DNA of 64,000 nt. It comes from Alphaproteobacteria bacterium (GTDB taxonomy: Bacteria > Pseudomonadota > Alphaproteobacteria > Bin95). Below are positions 19,520-28,817 of this stretch, one piece after another. Position numbers and translations under genes: made by a program. Position 1 is the first letter of the stretch. Each line of letters starts with the position of its first letter. The notes under the pieces were generated by a model. The model was not told the DNA's origin. It did not search any database and saw nothing but the letters and a program-made list of their open reading frames with translations. The DNA lies in contig CBDBGH010000003.1 in the NCBI GenBank assembly GCA_965205265.1, forward strand, positions 4,096,001 to 4,160,000. The letters are read 5' to 3'.

Positions 19520-19601
19520 GCGCCGGGCCGAATCAGCGACCGCCCGAATTCTATTCGGTTGACGCCTGTGGTAGTGTAACTACATATTTGTTGTTATGAT
19601 T
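19520..19601 (+). promoter_or_regulatory. Putative brnTA promoter/operator (right copy of the 82-bp duplication)
   Basis: TTGACG (19559-19564), then the inverted repeat GTAGT-GTA-ACTAC overlapping TACATA, in an AT-rich stretch directly upstream of brnT. Confidence 0.6.
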
Positions 19602-19896
19602 GGTTCGATTTGTGTATTGGGAGTGGGACGAAAACAAGGATCGCGCCAACAGGCGCAAGCATGGCCTCAGCTTTGAGACGGCAAGCCTGGTGTTCCGTGA
19701 CCCGGCGGCAGTTTCATTTCCCGATCCGAATGCGGAGGAGGAGAGATGGCGTACCGTCGGCATGGTGGGAAGTGTGGTGGTGATGATCGTCCATACTGAG
19801 CCCGAATTGAAGGATGGAGTCGAAGCAGGACGAATTATCAGTGCCCGAAAGGCAACCCGGCGTGAGAGAAAAAACTATGAGGAAGAGGGTTTCTGA
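19600..19896 (+). CDS. brnT: BrnT family toxin
   Basis: WEWDENKDRANRRKHGLSFE...RIISARKATRRE; start is TTG 19600 or GTG 19612. Confidence 0.9.
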   Translation: MVRFVYWEWDENKDRANRRKHGLSFETASLVFRDPAAVSFPDPNAEEERWRTVGMVGSVVVMIVHTEPELKDGVEAGRIISARKATRRERKNYEEEGF

Positions 19897-20164
19897 GAGG
19901 CTAACCGATAAGCAACAGGCTGAGATAGAAGCGCTGGCCGCTCTCTCCGACGAGGAGATCGACACGAGCGATGCGCCCGAGGCACTTGATTGGCCGGACG
20001 CCCGACGCGGGCGCTTCTACAGGCCCGTCAAGCAGCAGATTACACTGCGGCTCGACGCCGATGTCGTGGCCTGGTTCAAGGCAGCCGCTCCCGGCGGCCG
20101 GGGCTATCAGACCGAAATCAACCGTGTGCTGCGGGACCACGCCCGCAAGGCCGCGAACGGGTAA
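19877..20164 (+). CDS. brnA: BrnA family antitoxin
   Basis: RPVKQQITLRLDADVVAWFK...GYQTEINRVLR; overlaps brnT. Confidence 0.9.
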   Translation: MRKRVSERLTDKQQAEIEALAALSDEEIDTSDAPEALDWPDARRGRFYRPVKQQITLRLDADVVAWFKAAAPGGRGYQTEINRVLRDHARKAANG

Positions 20165-20197
20165 CGGCCGCTTCGCCCGGTTCCGGTACCGGCTGGC

Positions 20198-20701
20198 TCA
20201 GGACGTTCCGTTCCCGTCCCGCCGGGCTCTCGCGAGCCGCTTGGCGACCTGCCGTTTCTCCCAGCGGTCGCCGAACAGGTTGACGATTTCGAACACGCCG
20301 AGGCCGTGGACGGCGAGCCCGACGCCCCAGCCGAACGCGGCCCAGAGGAACCAGAGATAGTCCGGGCCGGTGAAGAGGTTGACGACGGCCAGGCCCGTTA
20401 TGACGACGGCATACTGGATGGCGTGGATGTAGAAGGACCGGATGTCGCGGACATATTCCATGGCCTTCTGCTCGTTTTCGGAGAGGTCCGGGAGGGGGGT
20501 GTCGGTCGCGCTTGTCATGTCTTGCCCGTTCCTGAGTGCGGAGAAGTCGGTTTCCAGAACGGCGGCAAGGCATTTGAGCGTCTCGGCGCTCGCATTCGCG
20601 CCGCGCTCGATGCGCTGCAGGGTGCGCACGCTGACGCCCGCCATGGACGCCAGCTGCTCCTGGGAGAGTCCCCGTTCGATGCGCAGCTTCCGGACGATCA
20701 T
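20198..20701 (-). CDS. XRE-family HTH regulator fused to a 2TM domain
   Basis: LRIERGLSQEQLA..VSVRTLQRIERG; C-terminal FYIH...WFLWAAFGWGVGLAVH...WE. Confidence 0.85.
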   Translation of the reverse strand: MIVRKLRIERGLSQEQLASMAGVSVRTLQRIERGANASAETLKCLAAVLETDFSALRNGQDMTSATDTPLPDLSENEQKAMEYVRDIRSFYIHAIQYAVVITGLAVVNLFTGPDYLWFLWAAFGWGVGLAVHGLGVFEIVNLFGDRWEKRQVAKRLARARRDGNGTS

Positions 20702-20818
20702 GGCGGCCCCTCCTGCCGTTCGTGCCAACGGCTATGGCCTGTCTGCGCGCCGATTGCCACGACAGGAACCCGACATTTCCGCGACAGGCAGGCCCGCGCG
20801 CTCGAAACCTGGAGTGGG

Positions 20819-21652
20819 CTATGCCGGCGCGGCAGCCCAGGCGACGGCTTCGTGGCCCGGCACGAAGGCGTTGTTGGTGACCGCCGGATTGCGGTTGACC
20901 AGCGGGCGCCCGTAGATCGGGTGGGTCATCGAGCGCACCTCGTGCTCGATGCGGAACACCGGCTCGGCCGTGCCGGGATCGACGATGTCGAGGAAGCGGT
21001 ATTGCCACCGGTTGCTTTCCTCCGAGACGAGACCGCGTTCGTCGAGCCAGCGGTGCGGGCCGGAAAAGTCCGCGACATAGATCGCGATATGGTGGCCGTC
21101 ATAGTCGGGCTGCGCCTCGGAGGTCTCCACGAAGCGCAGCTCCTGTCCGCGCCCGACCGAGGCATGGGCCACGCCGTCCCCGTCCACCCAGGCTGGCGTT
21201 CTCCAGACCTCGCGGTAGAAGGCAGCTGCCGCCTCGGCCGCACCCTCGGGCACGTCGAAGGCGACATAGTCCATGGCGAGCGTGCGCCCGCCGCTCGGCC
21301 CGTGCGCGCGGATGCGGTTGCCCCAGGGGCAGGCCGTGTCGATATGGTCGCCGCCGCGCTCCGAGGGCACCCCGGCGGCGTCGAGACGGGCCTCCAGCGC
21401 GTCCAGATCGGGCATGACGAGGCCGGTCCGGCCCCGAAGGCATTGCGGCTCGCCGACCGGCAGGTGGAACTGGCTCTGGCCGACATTGATCCACATATTG
21501 TTCGTGCCGGTCACCAGATAGGGGTCGCGCGTCAGCCCGAGCGCGGTGACGTAGAAGTCCGTCGCGCGCACCTGGTCCGGCACCCGGACATTGACATGCT
21601 CCAGCGCGACGATATTGCCGACATCCTCGCCGGCGCGGTCGAATTGCCCCAT
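20819..21652 (-). CDS. Two-domain VOC/glyoxalase-like protein
   Basis: LEHVNVRVPD..ATDFY, QFHLP, CPWGN, GHHIAIY. Confidence 0.7.
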   Translation of the reverse strand: MGQFDRAGEDVGNIVALEHVNVRVPDQVRATDFYVTALGLTRDPYLVTGTNNMWINVGQSQFHLPVGEPQCLRGRTGLVMPDLDALEARLDAAGVPSERGGDHIDTACPWGNRIRAHGPSGGRTLAMDYVAFDVPEGAAEAAAAFYREVWRTPAWVDGDGVAHASVGRGQELRFVETSEAQPDYDGHHIAIYVADFSGPHRWLDERGLVSEESNRWQYRFLDIVDPGTAEPVFRIEHEVRSMTHPIYGRPLVNRNPAVTNNAFVPGHEAVAWAAAPA

Positions 21653-21749
21653 GGCGCGGCCTCCCTTCCCGCAGGCTGCTACAGGGCCGCCAGCCTACAC
21701 CGGCGGGACGGCCTTAGCGAGGCGCAAGGGCTGCCGTCCGCCGCTGCGC

Positions 21750-23309
21750 TCAGGCCCTTGCTGTCGGCAGGGGCGAGCGGTCCACGGCGGCGATCTCCTC
21801 CCTGAGGAGGCGTTCCATCAGCCGGGCCTTTTCCGCGGCGGCGCCCGGATCGTCCCAGAGGTTGCGGAACTCGCCGGGGTCGGCTTCGAGGTCGTAGAGT
21901 TCGCCCTGGTCCTGTCCGTCGAAGACGCTGAGGCGCCAGCGTCGGTCCACCAGCGAGTGCACCCTTGGCGGACCGCCGAGGCCGGGATGGGGCCGCTGGT
22001 GGTCGTACTGGATGAAGGCGGCGTCGCGAACGGGGCCGCCGAGCAGGCTCAGGCCCTGCATGCCGTGGAACGGCTCGACCCGCGCCCGTTCGAGGATGGT
22101 GGCCGGAATGTCGATGGTCTGCGCCATGTCTTCCCGGCGCACGCCCGAGGGGCCGTCGGGGTCCGCCCAGATCAGGGGCACGCGGGTGATCTCCCGGTAG
22201 GGCTCGGCGCCCTTGAGCAGGAGGCCGTGGTCGCCCAGATGGTCGCCATGGTCGCTGGTGAAGGCGAGCACCGTGCGCCCGGCCGCGCCGCCCCGCTCCA
22301 GCGCGGCCAGCACGCGTGCTATCGCGTCGTCGATCATTTCGATCATGCCGCAGGTAAGCGCCCTCGCCTCCAGCGCTTCGCGGAGCGTGCAGCCGATGCT
22401 GTTCATGCCCTGGAGTGCGGCCTTGCCCTGCTGCCGTTCCCGATGGAGGGCCGCAACATGCGGCGGCGGCGTCCAGTCGTTCGGCTCGAAGGCGGCGGGC
22501 ACCGGCATGTCCTCGGGGCGGTAGGCGCTCCAATAGCGTCCCGGCGGGTTGAACGGATGGTGCGGGTCGGGGAAGGAGACCATGAGGAAGAACGGCTCGC
22601 TGTCCGCCGCATCGAGCCAGGACACCGCCTGCCCGGCAATGTAGTTCGTCGAATAGAGCGCCTCCGGCAGCGCCGTGCGCACGGCCTGCGGGCAGACATA
22701 GTCATGGGCAAGCTGGTTCTCCGGACCCAGCATCCTCTCCGCAGCCGGCTCCCGCTCGGCGAGCCACCGCGCATAGTCGCCGCCGCAGGCGTCCCCGTGC
22801 CCGGTGACGAGGTCCACATGGTCGAAGCCGTAGAAGGGCAGCGCCACGCCGGATCCGGAGGACGGGGCTTCCTGCCCGTAGGCTGGCGCGCGGTAGTCGT
22901 GCCGGCTGGCCTCGGCCAGAGCGCCGCCCGCGCGGTGGAAGCCGCTCCGGTCGGGGCGCGGCCCGCCATAGGCCGGCTGCCCGGTGAAGTTCTGCAGGTG
23001 GCTCTTGCCGATGAGCGCCGTCAGATAGCCGGCATCGCGCAGGAGATCCGTGAAGGTCACCGCCTCGGTCGATAGCGGGATGCCGTTCATGCGCACGCCG
23101 TGCAGCGAAGGCATGCGCCCGGTCATCAGGCTCGCCCGGTTGGGCATGCAGACAGGGCTCGCCACATGGCAGTTGTCGAACGCGACGCCCCGGCGCGCAA
23201 GACCGTCGATCGCCGGTGTCCTCAGCACGGGATGGCCGTAGCAGCCAAGATGGTCAGCGCGCTGCTGGTCGGTCACGAACAGGATGAAATTCGGGCGTCG
23301 TCCGTTCAT
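21750..23309 (-). CDS. Sulfatase (formylglycine-dependent)
   Basis: RPNFILFVTDQQR, CMPNRASLMTG (CxPxR), GKSH, SDHG. Confidence 0.92.
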   Translation of the reverse strand: MNGRRPNFILFVTDQQRADHLGCYGHPVLRTPAIDGLARRGVAFDNCHVASPVCMPNRASLMTGRMPSLHGVRMNGIPLSTEAVTFTDLLRDAGYLTALIGKSHLQNFTGQPAYGGPRPDRSGFHRAGGALAEASRHDYRAPAYGQEAPSSGSGVALPFYGFDHVDLVTGHGDACGGDYARWLAEREPAAERMLGPENQLAHDYVCPQAVRTALPEALYSTNYIAGQAVSWLDAADSEPFFLMVSFPDPHHPFNPPGRYWSAYRPEDMPVPAAFEPNDWTPPPHVAALHRERQQGKAALQGMNSIGCTLREALEARALTCGMIEMIDDAIARVLAALERGGAAGRTVLAFTSDHGDHLGDHGLLLKGAEPYREITRVPLIWADPDGPSGVRREDMAQTIDIPATILERARVEPFHGMQGLSLLGGPVRDAAFIQYDHQRPHPGLGGPPRVHSLVDRRWRLSVFDGQDQGELYDLEADPGEFRNLWDDPGAAAEKARLMERLLREEIAAVDRSPLPTARA

Positions 23310-23352
23310 GGCTGCGCCCGTCGCGCCTTCATGGCCGGCGCCGCCCGGAGCC

Positions 23353-25053
23353 TTACCCGGATGCCGTTTGCGCCGCTTCGCGCTTCGCCGCTTCTTCGGC
23401 GACCAGCTCCTTCTTGGAGAGCTTGCCGATCATGGTCTTGGGCAGCTCGTCGCGGAACTCGATATGCTTGGGCTGCTCATGGCGGCCTAGCTTGTCGGCG
23501 AGGAATGCGCGCAGCCCGTCCGCGTCCAGCGCCTGGCCCTCGCCGAGCTTGACGAAGGCCTTGACCGCCTCGCCGGTATAATCGTCCGGCACGCCGATGA
23601 CGGTGACCTCCTCGACCGCGGGATGGCGGTAGATCGCCTCCTCGACATTGCGCGGGAAGACGTTGTAGCCGCTCACCAGAACGAGGTCTTTCTTGCGGTC
23701 GATGATGAACAGGTAGCCGTCCTCGTCGAGATGCCCGACATCGCCCGTGCGCAGCCGGCCCTCGACGATGGTCTCGGCGGTTGCGTCTTCGCGGCGCCAG
23801 TAGCCCTTCATCACCTGCGGGCCGGAGATGCAGATTTCCCCGTCCTCGCCCTGCGGCAGGACCTTGCGGGGGTCCTCCTTGTCCACGATGGTGATCGTGG
23901 TGCCGGGGACGGGCAGGCCGACCGAGCTTTCCTTGTTGACGCCCTCGAAGGGGTTGGAGGCGGCGATGGGCGCGGATTCGGTGAGCCCGTAGCCCTCGAC
24001 CAGCTTGCAGCCGGAAAGCTCCTCGAAGCGCCGCTTGATCTCGACCGGCAGCGGCGCGCCGCCCGACATGCAGGTCTTGATGGAGGTGAGGTCGAAACTC
24101 GCGAGCTTCGGGTGGTTGACGATGGCCGTGTACATCGTCGGCACGCCGGGGAAGAGCGTGGGCTTCTTCTTCGTGATGTCCTGCAGCACCGGGTCGAGCT
24201 CGAAGCGCGGCCGCATGACGATGGACCCGCCGATGGCGATGGTGAAGTTCATCACCACAGACATCGCGAACACATGGAAGAAGGGCAGCACGCCCATCAT
24301 CCGCTCCCGGCCCGGCTCCAGCGAGGGATTCCAGAGCAGCGCCTGGTGGATATTCGCGTGGAGGTTCGCATGGGTCAGCATCGCGCCCTTCGGCACGCCG
24401 GTCGTGCCGCCGGTATATTGGAATACGGCGACATCCTCGCGCGGGTCGATTGCCGCCGGCTCATATCCGCCGTCATTGTCGATGAGGCGGCTGAAGGGCA
24501 CATGGCTCCCGTCGTCCGGCGCCTTCGCGATCTCGCTGCGCTTCAGGAGCCCGAAGAGCAGGTTCTTCGGGAAGGGCAGCACCTCCTGGAGAGTGCCCAC
24601 CACCAGCTTGCGGATGCGCGTCTTCTTCAGCAGCGCCGCCATCTTGGGATAGAGCGCGGCCAGGCCGAGCGTCACCATGATGTCGGTCTCGGAATCCTCG
24701 ATCTGGTAGGCGAGTTCCTCCTCCGAATAAAGCGGGCTGTAGTTCACCACCGTGCCGCCGGCCTTGAGGACGCCGAAGAAGGAGACGACGAATTGCGGGC
24801 AGTTGGGCAGGAAGAGCCCGACCTTGACGCCCTTGTCCACGCCGAGGGCGCGGAAGCCGGCGGCGGCGCGGTCCACCATCGCCCCGAGTTCGCCGTAGCT
24901 GTATGTCCTGCCGAGGAAGTCCATCGCCTCATTGTCGGGGAAGCGGCGGAGGGACTCGTCCAGGATGGCGAAGAGCGGGCCCTCGGGAATCTCCGCGTCC
25001 CAGTTGACATGGCCGGGGTAGCCCGCGAGCCAAGGATGCCGGTCATCTGCCAT
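23353..25053 (-). CDS. fadD: Long-chain fatty acid--CoA ligase
   Basis: QYTGGTTGVPKG, EGYGLTE, LRTGD, PKTMIGK. Confidence 0.92.
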   Translation of the reverse strand: MADDRHPWLAGYPGHVNWDAEIPEGPLFAILDESLRRFPDNEAMDFLGRTYSYGELGAMVDRAAAGFRALGVDKGVKVGLFLPNCPQFVVSFFGVLKAGGTVVNYSPLYSEEELAYQIEDSETDIMVTLGLAALYPKMAALLKKTRIRKLVVGTLQEVLPFPKNLLFGLLKRSEIAKAPDDGSHVPFSRLIDNDGGYEPAAIDPREDVAVFQYTGGTTGVPKGAMLTHANLHANIHQALLWNPSLEPGRERMMGVLPFFHVFAMSVVMNFTIAIGGSIVMRPRFELDPVLQDITKKKPTLFPGVPTMYTAIVNHPKLASFDLTSIKTCMSGGAPLPVEIKRRFEELSGCKLVEGYGLTESAPIAASNPFEGVNKESSVGLPVPGTTITIVDKEDPRKVLPQGEDGEICISGPQVMKGYWRREDATAETIVEGRLRTGDVGHLDEDGYLFIIDRKKDLVLVSGYNVFPRNVEEAIYRHPAVEEVTVIGVPDDYTGEAVKAFVKLGEGQALDADGLRAFLADKLGRHEQPKHIEFRDELPKTMIGKLSKKELVAEEAAKREAAQTASG

Positions 25054-25135
25054 TTTTCTCTCCCCGGCGGCTCATGGAAAACACGGGCGCGATGTTAGCC
25101 CGGATGCCGTCCGCTTGTCATGCCGGGGGCCGCGA

Positions 25136-25969
25136 TCACCGCCGCATGTAGCCGGCGATCTCCGGGGAAGACATCACGCTGTCGACATAGGAGAAGGTGC
25201 CCTTCTCCGTCACCTCGGCAACCGCCGCGGCGACGCCGCTCATCGCCGCCCGGTACAAGGATGTCGCGAGGCTGATGCGCCTGACGCCCGCCGCTGCGAG
25301 ATCGGCTGCGGGGAAGGACCGGCCCGCCACGCCCACCATGAAATTGACCGGCTTCGACACGGCGCGGCACACCGCCTCGACCGCCGCGATGTCCGGCAGC
25401 GCCGGCGCCATCAGCACATCGGCCCCGGCGGCCTCATAGGCCTGCAGTCGGGCTATGACCTCGTCGAGGTCGGGAAGGCCGCGGATGAAGCATTCGCTCC
25501 GCGCCGTCAGCGTGAAGCGAAAGCCGGCCGACCGGGCGGCCCCGGCCGCCGCAGCGATGCGTTCCGCGGCCAGATCGCGGTCATAGAAGGGGTTGTCCAT
25601 GTCGCCGGTGAAGTCCTCGATCGTGCAGCCGACCAGCCCGGCTTCGGCCGCCAGCGCCACGGTCTTCGCCGCCTTCTCCGGTTCGTGGCCGAACCCGTTC
25701 TCCAGATCGGCCGAAACCGGCAGGTCCACCGCGTCCACGACGGCGCGCGCATGGTCCAGCGCCTCCTCGCGCGTCACCTCGCCGTCGCACCGGCCGAGCG
25801 TGCCGGCAAAGCCGCCGCTCGTCGTTCCCAGCGCCTCGAATCCCAGGCCGGCCAGAATGCGGGCGGAGCCGGCATCGAACGCGTTTGCAAGGATGAAGGG
25901 CGCCGCGCCCCGATGCAGGGCGTGGAAGCGCTCGGCCTTTTCGGCCTGGGTGGGCGGGGCGTCGGGCAT
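25136..25969 (-). CDS. Isocitrate lyase/PEP mutase family protein
   Basis: NAFDAGSA, TTSGG, SADLENGFG, TIED, AYEAAGAD. Confidence 0.85.
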   Translation of the reverse strand: MPDAPPTQAEKAERFHALHRGAAPFILANAFDAGSARILAGLGFEALGTTSGGFAGTLGRCDGEVTREEALDHARAVVDAVDLPVSADLENGFGHEPEKAAKTVALAAEAGLVGCTIEDFTGDMDNPFYDRDLAAERIAAAAGAARSAGFRFTLTARSECFIRGLPDLDEVIARLQAYEAAGADVLMAPALPDIAAVEAVCRAVSKPVNFMVGVAGRSFPAADLAAAGVRRISLATSLYRAAMSGVAAAVAEVTEKGTFSYVDSVMSSPEIAGYMRR

Positions 25970-26058
25970 GGATGCGGCACTCCCGGCAGAAAACCAGCCC
26001 GGGCGATGCTGAGGGCACGCTACCCCGCTGTCAACGGACCGCGCGCCGGGGCGCCGCT

Positions 26059-27744
26059 TCAGCCCAGGAAGGGAAGATCGAGGCCGTGCCGGCGCGCGCA
26101 GGCGACGGCGTCGTCATAGCCGGCATCGGCATGGCGCATGACGCCGCTTGCCGGATCGTTCCAGAGCACCCGCGCGATCCGCGCGGCCGCCTCGTCCGTG
26201 CCGTCGCACACGACCACCATGCCGGCATGCTGCGAGAAGCCGATGCCGACGCCGCCGCCGTGATGGAGGCTGACCCAGGTGGCTCCCGACGCCGTGTTGA
26301 GCAGTGCATTGAGCATCGGCCAGTCGGAAACCGCATCCGAACCGTCGATCATGCCTTCGGTCTCGCGGTTCGGGCTCGCTACGGAGCCGCTGTCCAGATG
26401 GTCCCGGCCGATTACCACCGGCGCCTTCAACTCGCCCCTGGCCACCATCCCGTTGAAGGCGAGGCCGAGCCGGTGCCGGTCGCCGAGACCGACCCAGCAG
26501 ATGCGCGAGGGCAGGCCCTGGAAGCGGATGCGCCGGCGGGCCATGTCGAGCCAGTTGTGAAGAGGCGCGTCGTCGGGCATCAGCTCCTTCACTTTTTCGT
26601 CGGTGCGGTAGATGTCCTCCGGGTCGCCCGACAGCGCCGCCCAGCGGAACGGCCCGACGCCGCGGCAGAACAGCGGCCGGATATAGGCCGGCACGAAACC
26701 CGGAAAGTCGAAGGCGTTGTCCACGCCCGTCTCCCGGGCCATCTGGCGGATATTGTTGCCGTAGTCGAGGGTCGGCACGCCCCGGGCCCAGAAGTCCAGC
26801 ATGGCGCGGACCTGGACCGCCATCGACTCCTTCGCCGCCTTTACGGTGCCCGCCGGGTCGCGCTCGCGCCGCTCGTCCCACTCGGCAAGCGACCAGCCGG
26901 CCGGCAGATAGCCGTTCAGCGGATCGTGGGCGCTTGTCTGGTCGGTCACGGCGTCCGGGCGCACGCCGCGCGCCACCAGTTCCGGATAGATTTCGGCTGC
27001 GTTGCCGAGCAGGCCGACCGAGACAGGCGTCCGGTTCGCACAAGCCTCGTCGATCATCGCCAGCGCTTCGTCCAGATCGCTCGACCGGCGATCCAGATAG
27101 CCGGACCTGAGCCGCATCTCTATCCGGCTCGGCCGGCACTCGACCGCGAGCAGGGAGGCGCCTGCCATGGTCGCCGCCAGCGGCTGGGCGCCGCCCATGC
27201 CGCCGAGCCCGCCGGTCAGGATCCAGCGCCCCGCGAGGTCGCCGCCATAGTGCTGCCGGCCCATCTCGACGAAGGTTTCGTAGGTGCCCTGGACGATGCC
27301 CTGGCTGCCGATATAGATCCACGAACCGGCCGTCATCTGGCCGAACATCGTCAGCCCCTGCCGGTCGAGTTCGTTGAATGTCTCGAGCGTGGCCCAGTGC
27401 GGCACGATGTTGGAATTCGCGATCAGCACGCGGGGCGCGTCGGCATGAGTGCGAAAGACGCCGACCGGCTTGCCCGACTGGACCAGCAGGGTCTCGTCCG
27501 CCTCCAACGCCTGCAGGGCCGCCACGATCCGGTCGTAGCTTTCCCAGTTGCGCGCCGCTCGGCCGATACCGCCATAGACCACCAGCTCCTGCGGCCTTTC
27601 CGCGACCTCGGGGTCCAGATTGTTCATCAGCATGCGCAGCGGCGCTTCGGTCAGCCAGCTCTTGCAGCTGAGTTCGCCGCCCTGCGGCGCGCGGATATCG
27701 CGCGTGTTGTCGAGGCGGCTCAGGTCGGTCGGGCGTCGGCTCAC
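26059..27744 (-). CDS. hutU: Urocanate hydratase
   Basis: [41 protein letters not shown]. Confidence 0.97.
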   Translation of the reverse strand: MSRRPTDLSRLDNTRDIRAPQGGELSCKSWLTEAPLRMLMNNLDPEVAERPQELVVYGGIGRAARNWESYDRIVAALQALEADETLLVQSGKPVGVFRTHADAPRVLIANSNIVPHWATLETFNELDRQGLTMFGQMTAGSWIYIGSQGIVQGTYETFVEMGRQHYGGDLAGRWILTGGLGGMGGAQPLAATMAGASLLAVECRPSRIEMRLRSGYLDRRSSDLDEALAMIDEACANRTPVSVGLLGNAAEIYPELVARGVRPDAVTDQTSAHDPLNGYLPAGWSLAEWDERRERDPAGTVKAAKESMAVQVRAMLDFWARGVPTLDYGNNIRQMARETGVDNAFDFPGFVPAYIRPLFCRGVGPFRWAALSGDPEDIYRTDEKVKELMPDDAPLHNWLDMARRRIRFQGLPSRICWVGLGDRHRLGLAFNGMVARGELKAPVVIGRDHLDSGSVASPNRETEGMIDGSDAVSDWPMLNALLNTASGATWVSLHHGGGVGIGFSQHAGMVVVCDGTDEAAARIARVLWNDPASGVMRHADAGYDDAVACARRHGLDLPFLG

Positions 27745-27800
27745 GTCATGCGCTCCGGTCCAGGGGCCGAATGCCCGGCGAGGAGGGCCGCCGCCGGCCG

Positions 27801-28796
27801 TCAGAAGCGGTAGAAGAGGGCCTGCAGCTCTTCGGGGTCCTTCGTGCGGGCGAGGCCGAGCATGAGGAGGACGCGAGCCTTCTGGACGGTGAGGTTGTCG
27901 GCCAGCACCGTGCCCTTCGGCCGGCGGCGCTCCAGCGGCACCAGGCGCCCGGCGCCGGCGCGCGTGCCCATGACGAAGACCACGCCGCGCGCCATCACCT
28001 CTTCCATCACCTCGTGCTCCTCCGGCGTCGGGTTGCCGGGGGCGAGCGCCGCCATGACGATGCCCTCCGCGCCGAGATCGGCCATGGCGCGCAGCACCGC
28101 GCCGTCCGAGCCGCCGTAGGAATAGGCGATCTCGACGCGCGGGAAGCGCGCCGGCAGGCCGAGCTCGCGCGCGGCCGCCGGCGCATGGACGCGCACCGGC
28201 CGGCGGTAGATCGCGACCCAGTCCTCGTCCGCATGGCCGAGCACGCCGAAATCGGGCGCCCTGAAGGTCTGTGCGCGGGCGCTGTGCGTCTTGGTGACCT
28301 CGCGCGCGGCGTGGATCTCGTCGTTCAGCAGCGTCAGCACGCCCATGCCGCGCGCTTCCCGCGCGCCGGCGACGCGCACCGCGTTGAGGAGGTTGAGGAA
28401 GGCGTCGGTGGAGAGCCCCGACGCCGGGCGCTGGGCGCCCACCAGCACGACCGTCTTGTCCGTCTCGACCGTGAGGTTGAGGAAATAGGCGGTCTCCTCC
28501 AAGGTCGCCGTGCCGTGCGTGATGGCGATGCCGTCGATCTCGGGGCGGGCGGCGGTCTCATGGACGCGGGCGAGCAGTTCCGGCCAGACGGCCGGGCCCA
28601 TCGCGGTCGAGGGAATGGCGCGGAACGGCACCGGCACGACGTCCGCCACCCGGTCGAGCTCCGGCACTTTCGCGATCAGATCGCCGACCTCCATCACCGT
28701 GGCATGGTCCACATAGGTGGCGAGCTCGAGGCTGTGGTGCCCCAGCGAGGAAATCGTGCCGCCGGTGCCGATCACCGCGACGGTCGGGCGCGCCAT
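27801..28796 (-). CDS. Asparaginase/glutaminase family protein
   Basis: [29 protein letters not shown]. Confidence 0.88.
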   Translation of the reverse strand: MARPTVAVIGTGGTISSLGHHSLELATYVDHATVMEVGDLIAKVPELDRVADVVPVPFRAIPSTAMGPAVWPELLARVHETAARPEIDGIAITHGTATLEETAYFLNLTVETDKTVVLVGAQRPASGLSTDAFLNLLNAVRVAGAREARGMGVLTLLNDEIHAAREVTKTHSARAQTFRAPDFGVLGHADEDWVAIYRRPVRVHAPAAARELGLPARFPRVEIAYSYGGSDGAVLRAMADLGAEGIVMAALAPGNPTPEEHEVMEEVMARGVVFVMGTRAGAGRLVPLERRRPKGTVLADNLTVQKARVLLMLGLARTKDPEELQALFYRF

Positions 28797-28817
28797 GTGC
28801 TTGTCTCCCCTGTCAGG

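Noticed and set aside
17522-19601. 82-bp repeat as an assembly artefact
   Set aside because: Copies abut the inverted repeats exactly and long duplications are typical of IS1634; read-level confirmation is still desirable.
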